This document shows, piece after piece, positions 63,573 through 64,000 of a stretch of DNA of 64,000 nucleotides. The position numbers and the translations under genes are program-made. Source of the stretch: Phoronis australis (taxonomy: Eukaryota > Animalia > Phoronida); NCBI GenBank assembly GCA_002633005.1, contig NMRA01000320.1:448912-512911 (forward strand), written 5' to 3'. How positions within the stretch are numbered: the first letter of the stretch is position 1; the number at the start of each line of letters is the position of its first letter. Under the pieces are notes generated by a model. That model was given only the letters and a program-made list of their open reading frames with translations. It searched no databases and was not told the origin of the DNA.

Positions 63573-63960
63573 GTTTCTAGAATAGACGAACTGGATCTGT
63601 TCTGGGTGATATTTAGTCATGAAATGACGTCGAGTAGATTAGTAAGTCGAAACTCACAACAAGGACACACTGATCCACTCTAAACAATAACTGTATTTTA
63701 ATTCTAATTTCAGATTGATGTCAGCCAAGTAACTGCAACATCTTAACAAATACTTTTTGTGTATACTGTGCTGTACTGTGTTAATGCGTACTGAATGCGC
63801 AATAGTGACGCTGAAACCTTGTCCCTCGGCCTGTACGCTTGTCTTCGTATCATAGTGTTTACACTAGATACCAATAATGATTTGTTGCGCAGAATAATAA
63901 ATTATAACAAATTAAATAGCAAACATGCGATGTTTATGTATTCTTTACAGGTTTTTAAAT

Positions 63961-64000
63961 ATGAAGATAATTGCGGAGGTGGTAGCGGCGGTGTTGGCCG
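63961..64000 (+). CDS. Possible start of the next gene (signal-peptide-like), runs off the window
   Basis: Acceptor ttctttacag ending 63950, then ATG at 63961: MKIIAEVVAAVLA... Confidence 0.3.
   Translation, partial: MKIIAEVVAAVLA

Overview
Animal (invertebrate, probably lophotrochozoan; inferred) genomic DNA: AT-rich, intron-rich and repeat-laden, with no prokaryotic features. Three spliced genes on the minus strand were rebuilt by hand with phase-consistent splice sites. (1) A secreted GH16 beta-1,3-glucanase/beta-glucan-binding protein (13108 down to at least 1123, 3' end beyond the window start) with an intact EIDLVE catalytic motif and an apparent extra N-terminal exon resembling a divergent SUEL/rhamnose-binding lectin domain. 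(2) A complete ITFG1/LINKIN/TIP gene (33474-16278, 16 coding exons, about 598 aa, one GC-AG intron). (3) A complete PTP1B/TC-PTP-like phosphatase (58238-40533, 9 coding exons, about 422 aa, C-terminal tail anchor). Introns and intergenic DNA hold an RTE LINE, a CR1/L2-type LINE tail, a THAP/ISL2EU-like relic, hAT-like elements with 5-bp target duplications, MITEs, SINE pieces, minisatellites and a Helentron-like element carrying a co-oriented array of CTCF-like motifs. Three apparent exon duplications each sit on a single 'n' and are most likely two haplotypes joined by the assembler. All family assignments rest on motif recognition; no database search was run.
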